A stretch of 64,000 bases of DNA from Octopus vulgaris (GCA_951406725.2 OX597827.1:76632001-76696000); one strand, 5' to 3'; positions 13,218-27,379 are shown, numbered from the stretch's first letter. Program-made: numbers and translations. Notes: generated by a model not told the origin, from the sequence alone.

Positions 13218-13798
13218 TTATTGTGTGCAGGATGGATTAACGATGGAAAGATCTCTCATGGCCCCAGCAGACAAAATGGGAAAGGCGTTGCCCCGATAGA
13301 TGGCGTGGGAGATATGCTGGAACAGCCTCACTGACTTGCGGGACTCCCGCTTGCGGACAGCACTCTCTGTCACGAAAGCGGTGAGCAGGGATATGGTCCA
13401 GGGGCCAAGAACACTTAGGGTCTCAACTTCCACAGGCTCAACCATGAACCTGTCGGAGAGCGACCGATACCTATTTCTTTACAACCCACAAGGGGCTAAA
13501 CACAGAGGGAACAAACAAGGACAGACAAACGGATTAAGTCGATTATATCGACCACAGTGCGTAACTGGTACTTATTTAATCGACCCCGAAAGGATAAAAG
13601 GCAAATTCGACCTCGGCGGAATTTGAACTCAGAACGTTGCGACAGACTTCAAATTCCGCCGAGATACCATGACAGTTTGTTTTCCTCGGCCTGACAAGCA
13701 GCGGCGCTTGGGGTGGTAGCTGTATACACAAAGTTGCCGCTGGAAAAGGTCTCACGGCATGTAACATCCCAGATGGGGCGCCTACCGTCATGGCACGA
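13218..13798 (-). mobile_element. CRE-clade non-LTR retrotransposon endonuclease C-terminus, split by a SINE (13466-13665)
   Basis: DGRRPIWDVTCRET...AAACQAEENK..WY|RSLSDRFMVEPVEVETL...LFQHISHAIYRGNA. WDVT, ETL and Q-IS-AI-RGNA are CRE-type motifs. Confidence 0.75.
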
Positions 13799-14424
13799 GA
13801 AAATTAATTGTATTTATGAAATGATTTTTATTAACCTTCAGTATGTAACACAGAATAAAGGTTCGCTTCTAGATAAAGCTAGCTTAGCCGTCACTCGCAA
13901 GCGAGAACCACCGATTCATTTGTACCGCGTTATCGTGAATTGATTTCGATATCTCTGTGAGCGTGAGCAGACATAAACAACCTCCTGTAAGTCCTATACT
14001 TGGCCCAACAGTACATCGGTGATATATCAGCTGGGAAACACACCTATACACCCATGTTTATACGTGTGTATAAACAAGTGATTAAAAAAAAAAACTTGTA
14101 TTTCGTCGGTCACGACGACGAGTGTCCCAGTTGGGCTGATCAATGGAACAACCTGCCTGAGTACACCACGGACAAGCGTATCCTTAATGTAGTTCTCAGG
14201 GGGATTCAGTGTGACACAGAATGTGATAAAGCTGGGTCCTTTGAATTACAGTCACAGCTCATTTCTGCAAGATGAGTGAACTGGAGCAATGAGAAGTAAA
14301 ATGTTCTTGCTCAAGAACCCAACGCGTCGCTAGAAATTGAACTCACGATCTTAGGACCGCAAACTGAATGCCCTAACCACCAAGCCACGCACCTTCGTAA
14401 ACGGGTGATTACAGACGGTAGATA

Positions 14425-14644
14425 CGAGGGGGTGCTGAAAAGTTCCTGGTTTTGGGTAAAAGAAAATACTGGAAGATCAGTTAATTATGACTTTATTCAC
14501 CATATTCCCCTCTCAGATTCACACACTTATTGCAGCGGTCCTTCAGTTTTTCAAAGCCCTGTAAAAGAACTCAGATGGTTGGGCCTCAAACCAGGCCTTT
14601 CGCGACACCCTTAAAGCTAGGAACGTTTTAGCACGGCCCCCTTC
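14425..14644 (+). mobile_element. Mariner-type MITE (second copy at 8680-8878)
   Basis: TA-CGAGGGGGTGCTGAAAAGTTCCTGG with a degenerate inverted end and TA; homologous to 8680-8878. Confidence 0.7.
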
Positions 14645-16088
14645 TATACACCGATACACCTATGTGAATGCATATACAGGAAGCGTTTGATTACAAATGG
14701 CGTGAGACGTAATAACTATTTAGTACATTTAGCGCTGCGTGGGAAGATGCGTAGCCAAGTGGTTAAGGGTGCTGTGTTCATCATCAGCAAGTCGTAGGTT
14801 CCATTCCTGTACTTGGTGGCTCATATTTTTTAGCAAAGTACTTCATTTCGCTTTGCTTCAGCCTACTCAATTGAAAATAAGTCCCTACCAAGATACTGGA
14901 GCAGCTTTCTCCATCTGTTATATCTTCGATGCTCTCTTGACCAATTATAACAGGACCCAATGAGTACCTAAGGCTCCCCACACCTACACTGGGACCCAAA
15001 ACAATTCGCAAAAGCGTGATGCAAGATACTGGGTGATACTCGCTTGCAAAGGACGGCTAAACTTATTTTATCTAAACTTGAACCTCCATTCTGTACGTTA
15101 TATTGTTTTCGCATGGCTTTAAATTTTAGCACAAGACCGACAATTTGGGGGAAGAGGGCGTACGTCCATTATATCGACCTCAGTACTTAACTGGTACTTA
15201 ATTTATCGACCCCGAAAGGATGAAAGGTAAAGTCGACCTCAGCTGGATTTGAACCAAGAACGTAAAGACAAACGGAATGCCGCTAAGCATTTCGTCTGGC
15301 GTGCTAACGATTCTGCCAGCTCACTTCCTTAATAATAATAATAATTCCTTTTTACTCCAGACATGAGGCTTGGAAATTTGAGACGAACCGCTAAGCATTT
15401 CGCCTGGCGTGTTAAATGATTCTTTTTTACACTAGGCACAAGGTCCAACATTTTGGGGGAGGGGCCAAACGATTTGATCGACCCCAGTACGCAACCGGTA
15501 CTTAATTTATCGAACCCGAAAAGATGAAAGGCAAAGTTGACCTCAGCGGAATTTGAACTCAGAACATCAAGGCGGACGAAATACCTATTTCTTTTACTAC
15601 CCACAAGAGGCTAAACACAGAGAGAACAAACAAGGACAGACAAACGGATTAAGTCGATTACATCGACCCCAGTGCGTAACTGGTACTTAATTTATCGACC
15701 CCGAAAGGATGAAAGGCAAAGTCGACTTCGGAGGAATTTGAACTCAGAATGTAACGGCAGACGAAATACCGCTAAACATTTCGCCCGACGCGCTAACGTT
15801 TCTGCCAGCTCGCCGCCTTAACTGTTTGCCTGAATACAATACATAATGCTAAAACTAAAACTGTATTTGAACCTACGTCCTATGATTTATAATGAATACA
15901 ACTTTTATCCTCTAAGAATGAAAAAAAATTAACGTGGCTGTGTGGTAAGTAGCTTGCTTACCAACCATATGGTTCGAGTTCACTCCCACTGCGTGGCACC
16001 TTGGGAAAGTGTCTTCTACTATAGCCTCGGGCCGACCAAAGCCTTGTGAGTGGATTTGGTAGATGGAAACTGAAAGAAGCCTGTCGTA

Positions 16089-16198
<110 letters not shown>

Positions 16199-16930
16199 CG
16201 TGTATGTTTGTGTGTCTGTGTTTGTCCCCCTAGCATTGCTTGACAACCGTTGCTGGTGTGTTTACGTCCCCGTTACTTAGCGGTTCGGCAAAAAGAGACA
16301 GATAGAATAAGTACTGGGTCGAGTTGATCGATTAAAGGCGGTGCTCCAGCATGGCCGCAGTCAAATGACTGAAACAAGTAAAAGAGTAAAAGAGTATACG
16401 AATCACCCTTGATGAAAACAGTAATCTCATGAAAAACGATGTTTTGTCATTGATAAAACTAGTAAAGAAATATGTTTCAATGGCTACACATAGATCTTTT
16501 CTGGCTATAAACTCTTCATCGGAGATGAAACCTGGTTCTGAGGTAGATATATTCTTTTACTCGGCAGACATTTATTACCATGCTAAACCTCACCGATTCG
16601 GTGGGAAACAATCGAACAATCGAACAAACGAACATTTATGTATATATAGCTGAGGAGAAACCTGGCTTAGTGGCCAGGGTATTTGGCTTCACGATGCTAA
16701 GATATTGAGTTCGATTCCCGGCGGAGCGTTGTGTCCTTCGGCAAGCGACTTTACGTTGCTTTGAGTTACAGGTAAAACCCATTCTTTCCGTCTGTGTCCT
16801 CTCAAGACCGAAGAAAGGAAATAACCTAGAAACTATTGGCCTGCTGGTACTACTAACGGTTAGAAGGGAGTAGTGAGTCCCCTTGCTTACAAGGGGCAAA
16901 TAAACTTTATTGTATATATATATATATATA

Positions 16931-17090
16931 GGGGGGGAGTTCACGAAAAAAACAAAAGACGAAGACAGGTGGTGTACAAAGCAAACAGATATATTAGTAA
17001 CGCTCAGGAATAGAAAAAGTCTTTTACGTTTCGAGCCTACGCTCTTCTACAGAAAGGGACACAGAAAAAAAACAAGGAGAGAAACAGAGA
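16931..17090 (-). mobile_element. Penelope-like fragment (family E) with CUGUAGA hammerhead-like motif at 17021-17056
   Basis: Minus strand: CTTT CTGTAGA A GAGC-GTAG-GCTC GAAA CG TA AAAG. Homologues at 10235-10422 (+), 50277-50462 and 50537-50725. Confidence 0.6.
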
Positions 17091-17275
17091 TGAACTGTAT
17101 TCATGCACTTTCTTGCCTTCTCTTATATGCTTGTACTGATGAGTTATGTTTCATCTTCCGTGATGTTATACATGTATATTCTATGTGAAAGAAAAAGCAC
17201 TACGTGATTAAATGTTCGAGATATGAAATGTTACGTGGATGATCTTGTATTTGTTTGTTCTGCAACCACAGTTTA

Positions 17276-17354
<79 letters not shown>

Positions 17355-17537
17355 CGTGCGTTTTCTAACACCCTAGTTATATATATAATCATTACAGATA
17401 TAGGGTAAAGAATTATTAATTTAATAATTAATAAATTTTACCAAGTAGTTTCGGTATGGAAAAATAACCATTATCGGTAGAAACTTTTACAAAAAGTTTT
17501 TATAAATTCTTAATAATTATTTATTTATTAATTACGG

Positions 17538-18066
<529 letters not shown>

Positions 18067-18219
18067 TCGTATGAGAGGTTCTCTCGCACCGAATAACGCT
18101 GTATTCTATATTCCAACATAACATCGACTTTTAAGTGGGAGATAAATACTATTAAAACCTGTTGATATTAATACAATCTCTGTCGCTATTACTTGTTATA
18201 TATCAAGCGTAAGTCAGTT

Positions 18220-18292
18220 GCCTCCATAGCTCAGTGGTTAGAGCACTGGTCTTGTAAACCAGGGGTCGTGAGTTCGATCCTCATTGGAGGCT
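18220..18292 (+). tRNA. trnT-UGU: tRNA-Thr (anticodon UGU)
   Basis: 73-nt cloverleaf: acceptor GCCTCCA/TGGAGGC, D-arm GCTC/GAGC, anticodon arm CTGGT-CTTGTAA-ACCAG, T-arm GTGAG-TTCGATC-CTCAT. Intact A and B boxes, AT-rich upstream, T-run downstream. Confidence 0.95.
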
Positions 18293-18303
18293 GCTGTTCT
18301 CTA

Positions 18304-18312
18304 TTTTTTTTT
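18304..18312 (+). terminator. RNA polymerase III terminator of tRNA-Thr
   Basis: T9 run about 11 nt downstream of the tRNA 3' end. Confidence 0.8.
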
Positions 18313-18580
18313 CTTCCTTTAACAGGCGTGGTTTTGTAGTAAGAAGCTTGCTTCCTAACCATGTGGTCCTCGGTTCAGTCCCACTGCACGGCAGCTTGAG
18401 CAAATGTCTTCTACTATAACCCCGGGTTGACCAAAGTCTAGTGAGTGGATTTGGTATACGGAAACTACGGAAACTGAAAGAAGCGCGTCGTATTTTCATA
18501 TGTACGGGCGACACTCACTCTAGCGCTGCTATCGTTTCTGGGACATCATTGGTGACAGGAAGACGATGGCAGGCATATTG

Positions 18581-18629
<49 letters not shown>

Positions 18630-18828
18630 TGAGTGTTACGTTTTTGTTGGATAAGGTCAGGTCAATCAGGTCTATGATCAAAAGACGTTTCAACCGTGAC
18701 CATCCCAGGCATGGGATCAACAAACAAAATGTATCGCTTTTTTAAAGACGGAAGTTGATGGTTTGAGGGAGATTTGACAGTTATTTCTAGCAGATAGATG
18801 TTAGTAATGCAACTGGTACGGCAAGTGC

Positions 18829-18863
<35 letters not shown>

Positions 18864-18870
18864 CAGCAGC

Positions 18871-18920
<50 letters not shown>

Positions 18921-18921
18921 C

Positions 18922-18965
<44 letters not shown>

Positions 18966-19293
18966 AAGCAACAGCAGCAGCAGCAGTAGTAGTAGTAGTA
19001 GTTAAGATAAAGTAGAGCTATGGCAGAAGAAGCGTTCCCTCAGTGACCATCCCCCATTCGCTGCTACTGGTGTTGTTGTTTAGCCCCAAGTCGGCACTGA
19101 TAGAACGAATCTATAGCTGAGAGCGTTCCTACCGCGACAATCGCGACCTTTTGTTTTGGCATTGTGTACCACGGCTTACATTATCTAATGTCTTCTTGTG
19201 ACTTGCGGCTAATTTCTACAGCTATCTCTATGTCGTCGAGAGACGACATAGAGGCCTTCTTTCCTCTTGTTGTTGCTGTTGCTGTTGTTGTTG

Positions 19294-19325
<32 letters not shown>

Positions 19326-19443
19326 GGTGTACATTTCTTAGAGTAAAGTATCTCAGGGGAGCCCTCTGCGGTTATACATACACAGTAGAGTCTCATGCAT
19401 CGATTATACTAAGGTGAAAAACTTAAGAGTTTATCCAAGCAGT

Positions 19444-19475
<32 letters not shown>

Positions 19476-19499
19476 TTACTACTACTACAACTACAACTG

Positions 19500-19547
<48 letters not shown>

Positions 19548-19601
19548 TTACTACTACTACAACTACAACAACTACTACTACTACTACTACTTCTGCTGCT
19601 G

Positions 19602-19636
<35 letters not shown>

Positions 19637-19669
19637 GCTACTGCTACTGCTGTTGCTACTACACCAACA

Positions 19670-19702
<33 letters not shown>

Positions 19703-19762
19703 GCTACTACTACTACTACTACTACTACTGCTACTGCTGTTGCTACTACAACAACAACAACA

Positions 19763-19812
<50 letters not shown>

Positions 19813-19929
19813 ACTTGTCTTTGAAGCCACCTGGTGGCAGCAACGCATAATATATAAGTCTTATTAGACCTCATCAGAGAAGTATGTATTGTTCTGCTGG
19901 TAAAACATAGAAGTGGCACCTGTATATGT

Positions 19930-19965
<36 letters not shown>

Positions 19966-20115
19966 CCATTCTCTATTGTTATACATATCTCCATTTTCTA
20001 TTCATTTTTATAAATTAAATATATGCCCATGTAATTGTAAGGTTTTCCCTGATAAATTGGGTATCTAACAATGGAACCAGTGAAAGATTGGACGTCTACA
20101 TCCCTATTTTCCTTG

Positions 20116-20154
<39 letters not shown>

Positions 20155-20729
20155 CGTCCTGTGCCCACATATGCATATATATATATATGCGTATGTGGGC
20201 ACAGGACGTCATGAAACGTGTACAACAAAAAATACGAAGTACGAGTACATGTGGAATATGAACTAATTTTTCGAACAACGAAAGACACAAATGGAAAACA
20301 AGATAAACAACTCAAAAAGCGACCCTTCATCAGTTATTGGCTGCTTTTCTACCCTCGTATTTCAAGCATTTATCCGTTTGTTGTGTTCTTGTTAAAGTTT
20401 TGTTATCTATCTATATATGTTTAATATAAATGAAATATATATATATTGGCATATATACGTACATATATGTACATACTGACATATATATGTATACATGCAT
20501 ATATGGGTACAGGACGTCACAAAACGTAAACAACATGAGATACGAAGACATGAAATCCGAAATGCGAAAAACAACATGAAATACGAAGACAAACGTTTTT
20601 GCGACCAACACGAGAAACAAATGGAAAACAGGACAAGTAACATAAAGAACGACCCTTCATCAGTTGTCGGCTGATTATCTACTCCACATTTCGAACAATT
20701 CCGTTTGTCGTGTTTTTGCTAAATTTTTG

Positions 20730-20787
<58 letters not shown>

Positions 20788-20795
<8 letters not shown>

Positions 20796-21007
20796 AGTGA
20801 ATTGAAGAAATGGAGTTGAACGAAGATTGAACAGAAATCGTTTTATTGCATTCTACACGTGTTTCGAAAGCCACAATTTACCAAATTCTGGTAAAGTATT
20901 CAATCGGAATTTGGTAAATTGTGGCTTTCGAAACACGTGTAGAATGCAATAAAACGATTTCTGTTCAATCTTCGTTCAACTCCATTTCTTCAATTCACTA
21001 ATAATAT
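20788..21007. repeat. Perfect ~101-bp-arm palindrome of a Penelope-like 3' end
   Basis: Arms 20788-20888 and 20907-21007. Each has the hammerhead 3' half CGAAA-CACGTG-TA followed by AATAAA; adjoins (TA)n. Confidence 0.85.
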
Positions 21008-21155
21008 TAAAATTCAATTATCCGCACCAACGCATGGTTGCAACACCATATGGTTGTACCTCCAACCGTGCTGTCTTCTGCTGTGATTTTTGCTACCAAG
21101 GTATCGGTTAAACTTTTGATTAATCTGCAACAAGATTATTCATCTTTCTATTTCA

Positions 21156-21190
<35 letters not shown>

Positions 21191-21231
21191 CGTACAGACC
21201 AATGAGGAAAACAAACACGACAAAATAGAAT

Positions 21232-21263
<32 letters not shown>

Positions 21264-22019
21264 GAACACACACACACACACACACACACACACGAACACA
21301 CACATACACACACACGTGCACACACACACAGACATATACATACGCACACACATACACACGTGCACACACAGACACATACACACGCACACATACACACACA
21401 CACTCGTACAGACACACACGTGCACACACACACACACACACAAAAGATTAATTACAAAACCAAAATCTGATATTTTGAATGCTTTTAATACGCACGTTTC
21501 AAGCGGCTACGTAAGATAACCGATATGTAATGACATCGTCTTCAGACAACATTTCGAAATAATTTTAAAATGTCAACACGAGGTTAGTATTACGTAACAG
21601 TTATCTTAGTAACTACTGGAAACGTACGTTTTAGGTCTACTCAAAATGATAACTTTGGCCTTTTTTATTGTACTTGTTCCGACATTACGCGATTAATTTT
21701 CGCAACACTCCAGCCTGTCCTTCGTTTAATATAGTTACCACGCAACAAGGATATAAGAATGGAATGTTAGACTTGATCCTGGGTCGAGAAATTCTGGTAA
21801 AGTATACTGCATGAAGCATACCACTGAACACGCACGCATGCGCACGCACACACATATACATACTTACATACATACATTCATAAGTTGACAGAAGCACACA
21901 GAAACATACAGACATAGGTACAGACACACAGCCACACACACGCTCCCACACACAGGCACGCACATACACACACACATATATAGAGATAGACAGATACAAA
22001 GAGAGACAGAGAGAGAAAA

Positions 22020-22337
22020 TGAAAGAGAGCAAGAAAGTGAGAGAAAGAGAGAGAAAGGAGGGAAGAAAGAAAGAAGAAAGAACAAAAGAAAGAAAGAAAG
22101 AACGAAAGAACGAAAGAAAGAAAGAAAGAAAGAAAGAACGAAAGAACGAAAGAACGAAAGAAAGAAAGAAAGAAAGAAAGAAAGAACGAAAGAAAGAAAG
22201 AAAGAAAGAAAGACAGAAAGAACGAAAGAAAGAACGAACGAACGAAAGAACGAACGAACGAAAGAAAGAAAGAAGGAAAGAAAGAAAGAAAGAAAGAACG
22301 AAAGAAAGAAAGAAAGAAAGGAAGGAAGAAAGAACGA

Positions 22338-22373
<36 letters not shown>

Positions 22374-22530
22374 ATGAAAGAAAGAAAGAAAGAAAGACAG
22401 AAAGAACGAAAGAAAGAACGAACGAAAGAACGAACGAAAGAAAGAAAGAAAGAAGGAAAGAAAGAAAGAAAGAAAGAACGAAAGAAAGAAAGAAAGAAAG
22501 GAAGGAAGAAAGAAAGAAAAAGGAGAGAAA
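22020..22530 (+). repeat. (GAAA)n/(GAAC)n tetranucleotide array
   Basis: Directly visible. Confidence 0.95.
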
Positions 22531-22776
22531 TAAAGGAAACGATGGCGGTGTTTATTAATATGAGTAACGTGGATGACGGAAAACTGGTGGGTCGGGTGGC
22601 TGGCAAGGAATTGTACCATTTTGTCAAAGGTCAACGGGAATTGTTTGAAATCATTTTTATCTTGTTTTCAGAAACTGGATCTGATCCTCAATGTCGTGTT
22701 TGTGTGTCGTTCTACCAATAACACCACCGTAATTGAGTGGCTGTTTGTCTCCCATTAGGACGTAGAAGCCTCCAAA

Positions 22777-23169
22777 GTGGAGGCGCAATGGCCCAGTGGT
22801 TAGGGCAGCGGACTCGCGGTCGTAGGATCGCGGTTTCGATTCCCAGACCGGGCGTTGTGAGTGTTTATTGAACGAAAACACCTTAAAGCTCCACGAGGCT
22901 CATGCAGGGGATGGTGGTGAACCCTGCTGTACTCTTTCACCACAACTTTCTCTCACTCTTTCTTCCTGTTTCTGTTGTACCTGTATTTCAAAGGGCCCAG
23001 CCATGTCACACTCTCTGTCACGCTGACTCTCCTCGAGAACTACGTTAAGGGTACACGTGTCTGTGGAGTGCTCAGCCACTTGCACGTTAATTCCACGAGC
23101 AAGCTGTTCCGTTGATCGTATCAGCTGGGACCCTCATCGTCGTAACCAACGGAGTGCTCCTATACTATT
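22777..23169 (+). mobile_element. tRNA-derived SINE family C, 14-bp TSD
   Basis: Head GGCGCAATGGCCCAGTGGTTAGGGC...GGTTTCGATTCC; TSD TAGAAGCCTCCAAA. Same type at 12425-12810(-) and 49495-49877(+). Confidence 0.85.
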
Positions 23170-24234
23170 TAGAAGCCTCCAAAATATAACATCTGATATG
23201 GCCTGGTGGTCAGGACAATAGCATTGACCACTAAAGCCTGTCCTCTGTTGAGCAACAATAATGAAGATCGGTGGAGTATTTTTTTTTTATCTCTTACTTG
23301 TTTCAGTCATTACAATGCAGCCAGGCTGAAGCACCGCCTTGGTGGGTTTTAGTCGAACAAATTGACTCCAGGACTTTTTTAAAGCCTGCTACCTATTTTA
23401 TTAGTGTCTTTTGCCGAACCACTATGTTACAGGGACATAAACACACCAACAACTGATTGTCAAGCGGTGACGGAGGACAAACACAGACACAAAGACACAC
23501 GCATACATAGACACTCACGCACACACACACATATGAAGGGCTTCTTTCTGTTTCCATCTGCCAAATTCACTCACAAGGCTCTGGGCGGCACGGGACTATA
23601 GTAGAAGAAACTTACCCAAGGTGCCACGCAGTGGGACTGAACCCGGAACCCTGTGGTTGGGAAGCAAGCTTCTTACCACACAACCACGATCTCTTCTGTG
23701 GCGTTGTACTCATGCGACGAGACGTATCGAGTCCTCGTAAGAAGCATGATGTACGTGCACTCAAAGCGATCACGAAGGTCCTTCTTCATAGAGTACAGGA
23801 GCCATCAGGCAGGTCCCTAGATCAGGCAGGAATTTAGTTGAAGACCAGCAGACAGTGTGTGGCTTCGTTGTATGGAATTACACGTGGAATATTTTTTGTC
23901 ACTTTCCAGTTGCTGTTTGAATCAGGGCTGTACTGAATGTGCTTACGAAGGATCCAGATCCTTCCTGCCTTGCTAACGATTCTGCCAGCTCGCCGCCTTA
24001 TATATCAGATCAACGAGGCGCATAGATGCGCGTGGATTGGTGGTTAGGGTATCGAACTCATGATCATAAGATTGTGGTTTCGATTCCCGGACGGGGCAAT
24101 GCATTGTGTTCTTGAGCAGAACTCTTCGTTTCACGTTGCTCCAGTCTACTCAGCTGACAAAAATGAGCAATCCTGCGTCCTGTCCAGGTGGGGGAATATA
24201 TGCATCACAGAAACCGGGAAACCAGCCCTATGAG

Positions 24235-24575
24235 TTTCTATGACCCTCTATGACTCCCTGACTCTCTATGAGGCTCTTTGATTCTCTGACTCTCTACGAC
24301 TCTCTCTGACTCTCTTTGATCTTCTCTTTGATCTTCTCTGACACTTTACGACTCTCTATCGCCCACTATGATTTTCCATGACTCTCTGACTCTCTGACCC
24401 TCTATGACTCTCTCTGACTCTCTGACCCACTATGACTTTCTATGTCTCTCTGACTCTCTAGATCCTCTCTGACTCTCTCTGGCTCTCTGACACTCAATGA
24501 CTATGTGGCTCTCTCGCTCTCTATGACCCCTATGACTTTCTATGACTCTCTGACTCTCTCTGACTCTCTATGACT
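24235..24575 (+). repeat. Imperfect (TGACTCTC/TATGACTC)n minisatellite at a SINE tail
   Basis: Repeated tgactctct/ctatgac units. Confidence 0.8.
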
Positions 24576-24879
24576 CGGAAAATATCTTTATCCTTACCCT
24601 CTCCTACATATCAGAAATAATGAATCCAGGCCTCCAGTTATCCACCTCGTCGTTTCGTTCTCACGATTAAAACGTATGATTTGAGTGGAATTTAGTTGTT
24701 ATTTCTAGCTGGTCGAGAGACTAGAGAGAGAGAGAGGTTCAGCTCCACATTGACTCAGTCGTGGTTGTTTCGTGGGGGCATTATTGTTTCGTGGGAGCAC
24801 TATTGTTGGCTTGAAGTGGAGGGAAGAAAGATTAGTGTTCTTCTTGTCATTATCGTTGCTATTATTGGTGGCGATCATT

Positions 24880-24897
24880 GTTTCGTTATTGTTGCTG

Positions 24898-24929
<32 letters not shown>

Positions 24930-25244
24930 GGTCGTCGTCGTCGTCGCAGTTGTTGTTTGTATTGCTATTGTTGTTGTCAGTATTTCTGTGTTGGTGGTCG
25001 TGGGGCGGGGGTTGTTTTATTCGTGCCATTGTTGTTGATGTTGGTGTTGTTGGTATTGGCATTTTAATGCTGCTATTATTGTTATTATTATTATTATTAG
25101 TGTTGTTGCTTGTGGTGGCGATGGTAATGGTGGTGGTGGTGGTGGTGGTTGTGGTGGTGGTGGTGGTGGTGGCGTTGGTGCTTCAGTGTTTGTACTGGTG
25201 GTTTTTATTGCTGGAGTAGTTTTTAGCTATTGTTTGTGTTGTTG

Positions 25245-25276
<32 letters not shown>

Positions 25277-25417
25277 GGTGATGGCGATGGTCGTTGTATT
25301 CATGTGTTTTGGATAATGGTTGAGCTGTTCGCGTTGGTGGTGTTGGTGGGTGGATGGGTGGACAGTGATACATGATGATGATGATGATGACGACGGTGAT
25401 GATGATGAGGGTGATGA

Positions 25418-25451
<34 letters not shown>

Positions 25452-26130
25452 GGTGATGGAGATGATGAAAATAATGAATGATGATGATGATGATGATGAT
25501 GATGACGGTGATGAAGATGAAGAAGTTGGTGGTGGTGGTATTGGTGCTCGTTGAAGGGTTGTGATGGTGGGTGGCAGGATTAATAGCAGTGAAGATGGCG
25601 GCGGCGGCAGCGCCGGTGGTGGTGGTGGCGTCGGATGTGGTGGCGTCGGTGGCGGTGGTGGTATTGATTTTACTGTAATGTGTTGGTGGTGGTGGCGACG
25701 GTGATGGTGGAGAAGAGGATGTGTCAAGAACGAAGGCGCATCTCATATGAAGAATGTTCGTGTCGATGATGATGATGATGTTGATGATGATAGTATGGGT
25801 GTTGGTGGTGGTGGTGGTGGTAACGGTTGTTGTAGTAGTAGTGTTGTTATCATTCAGGAGGGGAATTTCTCTTGAAAGGGGTGATAAATTCAAGGCCGGC
25901 GGTGGCGATTGTGGTTGTGGAGGTAGTACAGCTCTTACCTGTAGTTGTGGTGGTGGTGGTAAGAATTGCATATCGCTTACCAGTAGTAGTAGTAGTAGTG
26001 GTGGTGGTGGTGGTGGTGGTGGTAGTAGTACTGCTGTTGTTGTCTGTAGCGGTGGCGGTAGTCATAGTGGTGTAGTAAGGGTAAGAGGTAGTGGTAGTGG
26101 TTGTAGTCGTACATCTCTTACAAGCATTTA

Positions 26131-26161
<31 letters not shown>

Positions 26162-26663
26162 GGTAGTGGTGGTGGTTGGTGGTGGTGGTGGTGGTGGTAG
26201 TAGTGGTGGTGGTAGCGGCAGTGGTGGTGTTTGCTATTGTTGTCGTGGTGGTAGTGGTTGAGAAACGACTGGATGTCGTGACGTTGCAGTGCGGTGGTGG
26301 TGGTCATGGTGATGGTATTGGCTTGTTGTTGTTGTTATGGCTGGCGGTAACAGTAGCCATGATGGTAGTGATGGCGTCAATGGTGGTGGCGGCAGCAGCA
26401 GCGGTGGTGGCTATGGGTGGCGGGAGGGGAGGAGAAAACGGAAATGATGGTGGTGATGGTGGTGGAGGTAAGAGAGCGTGGTCTGCAGCGTTGGCAGTGA
26501 TGACTGGATAGTGGCGACGTTGGTGGCGATGACGACGTCAGTGCTTCTGGGTGTGGAGGGGATGGTGGCGGTGGTGGTGGTGGTGAAGGTGGTGGTAGAT
26601 ATTGTTGTGGTGGTCGTGATGGAGGTGATGATGATGATGATTATGATGATGATGGTGGCGGTA

Positions 26664-26695
<32 letters not shown>

Positions 26696-27379
26696 GGTGG
26701 CGGCGGCGGCGGTGGCTATGGTGGTGGTGATGATGATGATGATGATAACGATGGTGGTGGCGGTGGTGATGGTGGTGGATATTGTTGTGGTGGTCGTGGT
26801 GGAGGTGATGATGATGATGAAGGCAATGGTGGCGTCGGCGATAGTGGTGATGGTGTTGGCGATGGTGGAGATGATGATGATGATGATGGTGGTGGCGGCG
26901 GCGACGATATCGGTAGTGGTGGTGGTGTTTGCAATGGTGGATGTAGTGCTAATGTGAGTAAGTAGTGAAGCTGGTGGTGGTGGTGGTGGTGGCGGCGGTG
27001 GTAGTGGGGTGGAGGTATAATGATGATGGGGATGGTGTTAGCGTTAGAGATGGTTGTGGCAGTAATGGTGGTGGTAGTGGTGGTAGTGATGATAATTGTA
27101 GTTACAGTGGTGGTGGTGATGGTGGTGGTGGTGGTGGTGGTGGTGGTGGTGGTGGTGGTGAAAAGGAAATGAAATGAATTCAGACTGAAACGAGGTGAAT
27201 GAAAAATCCAGAAAAACGAGAAAGAAATGAGAGGGAAAATGAAAAAGAAGAGAAAAGAAGAAGGAAGGGGTTAAGGGAGGAATGAGAGACAAAAGAAGAG
27301 AAGGAGAGAGAGAGAGAATGAATGAGAGGGTGATGAGAAAGACAGAAGAAAAGAATTAGGAAGAAAGACGAGAGAGAGA

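Noticed and set aside
21488-21550. Further hammerhead candidates (also 17133, 17440, 20330, 20655, 61770-61850)
   Set aside because: Core fragments are present, but stem I or II cannot be closed convincingly; likely decayed PLE remnants.
22777-22852. tRNA-like heads of SINEs as real tRNA genes
   Set aside because: Acceptor stems do not close, and the heads continue into SINE bodies with TSDs.
25227-26957. Poly-H/P/T/V ORFs resembling a transcription-factor low-complexity region
   Set aside because: Several overlapping frames on both strands are open; no folded domain or convincing splice structure.
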